DNA of 64,000 nucleotides. Source: Tubiluchus corallicola (taxonomy: Eukaryota; Animalia; Priapulida). Positions 62,737 through 64,000 of the stretch are shown in pieces (within the stretch, counting starts at the first letter, position 1; each line of letters begins with the position of its first letter). The stretch spans positions 620,001 to 684,000 of the forward strand of contig JAQGDQ010000006.1 of NCBI GenBank assembly GCA_030141605.1, in the 5' to 3' direction. Position numbers and translations under genes: made by a program. Below the pieces are notes generated by a model. It worked only from the letters and a program-made list of their open reading frames with translations. It did not search any database and was not told the origin of the DNA.

Positions 62737-62861
62737 ATGGCTAGTACCTCTCGCACCACAACTAGTTCCGGAGAACCAAATCGCAGTGGAACTGCTGCTA
62801 AGGGGAAAGGAAAAGCTGTTGAAAAAGTTAATAATAAAGCTCTTTCTACTAGTGCAAAAAG
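62737..62861 (+). CDS. UBE2E: Ubiquitin-conjugating enzyme E2 E class (UBE2E1/2/3, UbcD2-like), first coding exon; gene continues beyond the window
   Basis: Exon 62712-62861 (tttcacag| ... |gtgagt) encodes MASTSRTTTSSGEPNRSGTAAKGKGKAVEKVNNKALSTSAKR. A Ser/Thr/Lys-rich extension ending in LSTSAKR at a phase-2 intron is characteristic of UBE2E (…LSTSAKR|IQKEL). The catalytic core is not in the window. Confidence 0.8.
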
Positions 62862-63068
62862 GTGAGTGCATAAGTCTGGAAATTTCATTGGAAACATTTA
62901 TTTTGCTAGCATCATTCATTTTATATACAGTATTAGGTATAACATAATACATCAGATCCATGGTGATTTGCAGACCTACTACACTAATTGCAACAAAAAT
63001 TATTAAGGAAGAGCTGTTATGCCTAATTAACGGCATGTTTGCATTGATCCAGTTTAATAACTTCTTTG

Positions 63069-63632
63069 TAGTGATGGGTCATCAACATTTTTGGGTACCG
63101 AGCCGATCGGTTTTGTTGTTTTCCGATACCAACTGATCGATTCAAACCCACAAAGTTACCTGATTCATAAAAAAATAATAAACTTTTATTTGCCTTCACT
63201 GCAAAACAACACGTCGCCTGAGTACAACAAAAATTTACCAAGACTGTTCATTACAGTATAAAATAATAGCTCAACAAAACAGCATGAATGATCAATGCTC
63301 AGCAGCGGGACTGAAATGCTTAATCTGCCGCATGTTTGGACGGTGCCGTTTGAGTGTGGGATCCCACCGCCAAGGCAGTTGAATAAAATATGGTTGCATG
63401 CAGATAATTTTGCCATAACAATACTTTAAACATTTCTAAAGTTTTGCTATAAGTTTTAAACATTTTATTTTTATATTTTCTTATCAATTCGGAAATTTTT
63501 ATGGCGTGATCGGCCCAATAGTTTACCGAACTAATCAATAATTTAATGGTGCACTGATCAGAACTTGTTCACTGATCATAACCGAACACCACTGTTCCGT
63601 TACCGATCACTGATCGGCTCAGCCCATCACTA
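63069..63632. mobile_element. hAT-superfamily MITE, 8-bp TSD CTTCTTTG
   Basis: cttctttg|tagtgatggg ... cccatcacta|cttctttg, with subterminal (c/t)gatc motifs; CpG-rich, so probably young. Confidence 0.9.
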
Positions 63633-64000
63633 CTTCTTTGTAAAGTAGATTAGGCCAGTTTATGTGCTCATCGTCAGCATATAGGTATGCAGTCATAAGT
63701 AAAAGAAAATTGAACTTGACTGCCTTAGTGCTTAGAGCTCTTCTGGATCCAAAAGCTAATTTTCTTTATTCTGTTTAAACATTCACACTAAAATGCAAGC
63801 TCAAGAAATAGTTAAGTGAATGTATTCTATCATCTATTATACTGAAACAATAGCTTTGTAAATGGTTATTTAAACATTCTGTCTGTGATAAAGATTTATA
63901 CTAAAAATATCAGTAAAGAACTATTTACGAATAAGAAGTTGTAGGGGATAAGACACTGGTTTAGACTTATGAAAGGCTAAGTATGAAAAACAGCTTTTAA

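Overview
AT-rich, intron-containing animal genomic DNA, most likely an invertebrate bilaterian. Gene bodies look CpG-poor and intergenic stretches CpG-richer. Three spliced genes lie on the + strand: (1) a complete TGF-beta/activin type I receptor of the ALK4/5/7 (Baboon) class, with 10 coding exons and about 513 aa; (2) a complete SPATS2/SPATS2L orthologue, with 12 coding exons and about 758 aa; (3) the first coding exon of a UBE2E-class ubiquitin-conjugating enzyme that runs off the right end. Introns and spacers hold many transposon relics: Rex1-like, CR1-like and L2 LINE fragments, hAT MITEs with 8-bp TSDs, Kolobok-type TTAA MITEs, a 5S-rRNA-derived SINE-like fragment, and a 2.1-kb IS630/ISRm11-like Tc1/mariner element with arrays of subterminal repeats and a DD33E transposase broken by only two 1-bp frameshifts. 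The most notable unannotated signals are a candidate 24-nt in-frame microexon in the receptor kinase domain, an AG|GTAAG recursive-type splice junction next to it, uORFs on two genes, and a gene neighbourhood echoed in vertebrate paralogons. I found no evidence of a wholly new multi-gene system. All coordinates and alignments were read by eye.
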